From Leptolyngbyaceae cyanobacterium (lineage in GTDB: Bacteria > Cyanobacteriota > Cyanobacteriia > Phormidesmidales > Phormidesmidaceae): a stretch of DNA of 28,327 nucleotides. Numbering within the stretch: position 1 is the first letter of the stretch; each line of letters begins with the position of its first letter. The notes under the pieces were generated by a model. That model did not search any database. It was not told the DNA's origin and saw nothing but the letters and a program-made list of their open reading frames with translations. The position numbers were made by a program, and so were the translations under genes. The stretch spans positions 1-28,327 of the forward strand of contig JBHJHA010000066.1 in the NCBI GenBank assembly GCA_050331235.1, given 5' to 3'. Of the stretch, positions 27,919-28,327 are shown piece after piece.

Positions 27919-28190
27919 AGGTTTAGATGTCCTGATTTACAAGCGAGTCAGCTTTAGCCGCCGATCGCCGCGCAGCTCAAGCTATTCTTCACCGTAACGA
28001 AATCTAGATTACTTGTTAAGCGGGGAACTACCTACCTTGACAAACCTCAGTTTTCCCTGACTAGACAATGAGCTATGGATACAAACCCAACTGCGGTTAT
28101 CCATAGATGGCCGTAATCACTCGAGTCCCTCATCGATGCGGCAACTAGCCTTAGGGAACGCATTCATTTTCAAGTCTCTCGTTGGCCCTA

Positions 28191-28327
28191 GTACTCAACG
28201 GCACAAATAAGCATAGCCATTATGCGGTTAAGGGCTTGCCCGTATAGTTCCATTTGAAAGGCTTGGCCATGGTGCGATTGAAGTAATCGATGAAGTCGAG
28301 AATCTTAGCCTTGAGATGAGCTTGACT
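28191..28327 (-). mobile_element. IS630-family insertion sequence, 3' end (truncated by window edge)
   Basis: The transposase C-terminus is followed about 30 nt later by a minus-strand end ...TGCCGTTGAGTAC|TAG, with TA at 28189-28190 in a CTAG context, consistent with an IS630 target. Confidence 0.75.
28220..28327 (-). CDS. IS630-family transposase, C-terminal fragment (partial)
   Basis: Manual translation gives SQAHLKAKILDFIDYFNRTMAKPFKWNYTGKPLTA*. The FIDYFN-x-MAKPFKW-x-Y tail is typical of IS630 transposases. Confidence 0.82.
   Translation of the reverse strand, partial: SQAHLKAKILDFIDYFNRTMAKPFKWNYTGKPLTA

Noticed and set aside
1..28327. IS630 pieces at both ends on the same strand, suggesting a composite transposon or circular element
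   Set aside because: The two termini are not inverted repeats of each other (ATACCAATACTC versus GTACTCAACGGC), so they are different elements. The cargo is core genes, and assembly breaks at repeats explain the pattern.
1..28327. CRISPR arrays, tRNA or rRNA genes
   Set aside because: No regularly spaced repeats, cloverleaf or rRNA-like sequence was seen. The CHAT gene has no cas neighbours, so it is not a CRISPR-associated protease locus.

Overview
This is a cyanobacterial chromosome segment, shown by roughly 30 HIP1 octamers (GCGATCGC), petB/petD, ctpA and a FurC-type regulator. Each end is cut inside a different IS630-family element, which suggests assembly breaks. Most of the window is ordinary core or semi-core content: a YqiJ/DUF1449 plus flotillin pair, a histidine-kinase-like protein, ygfZ, an AEC transporter, a GH57 hydrolase, HIT and HD-domain hydrolases, ctpA divergent from petB-petD, an RsbW-like protein, a stop-interrupted IS5-family element, a GT4 glycosyltransferase, DUF3386, glgA, guaD and furC. 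The best candidate for a poorly understood system is a three-gene cassette at 22274-27176. It encodes an apparently exported CHAT (caspase-like) protease with an intact His/Cys dyad, an exported DUF928 protein, and a CHASE2 receptor with a degenerate GGDEF and intact EAL domain. Other items worth checking are the His-to-Gln pseudokinase, an unannotated 24-aa hydrophobic ORF convergent on furC, a switch-like RNA leader before guaD, and a HIT protein with an HxHxN triad. Family calls come from motif recognition by eye, and no searches were run.
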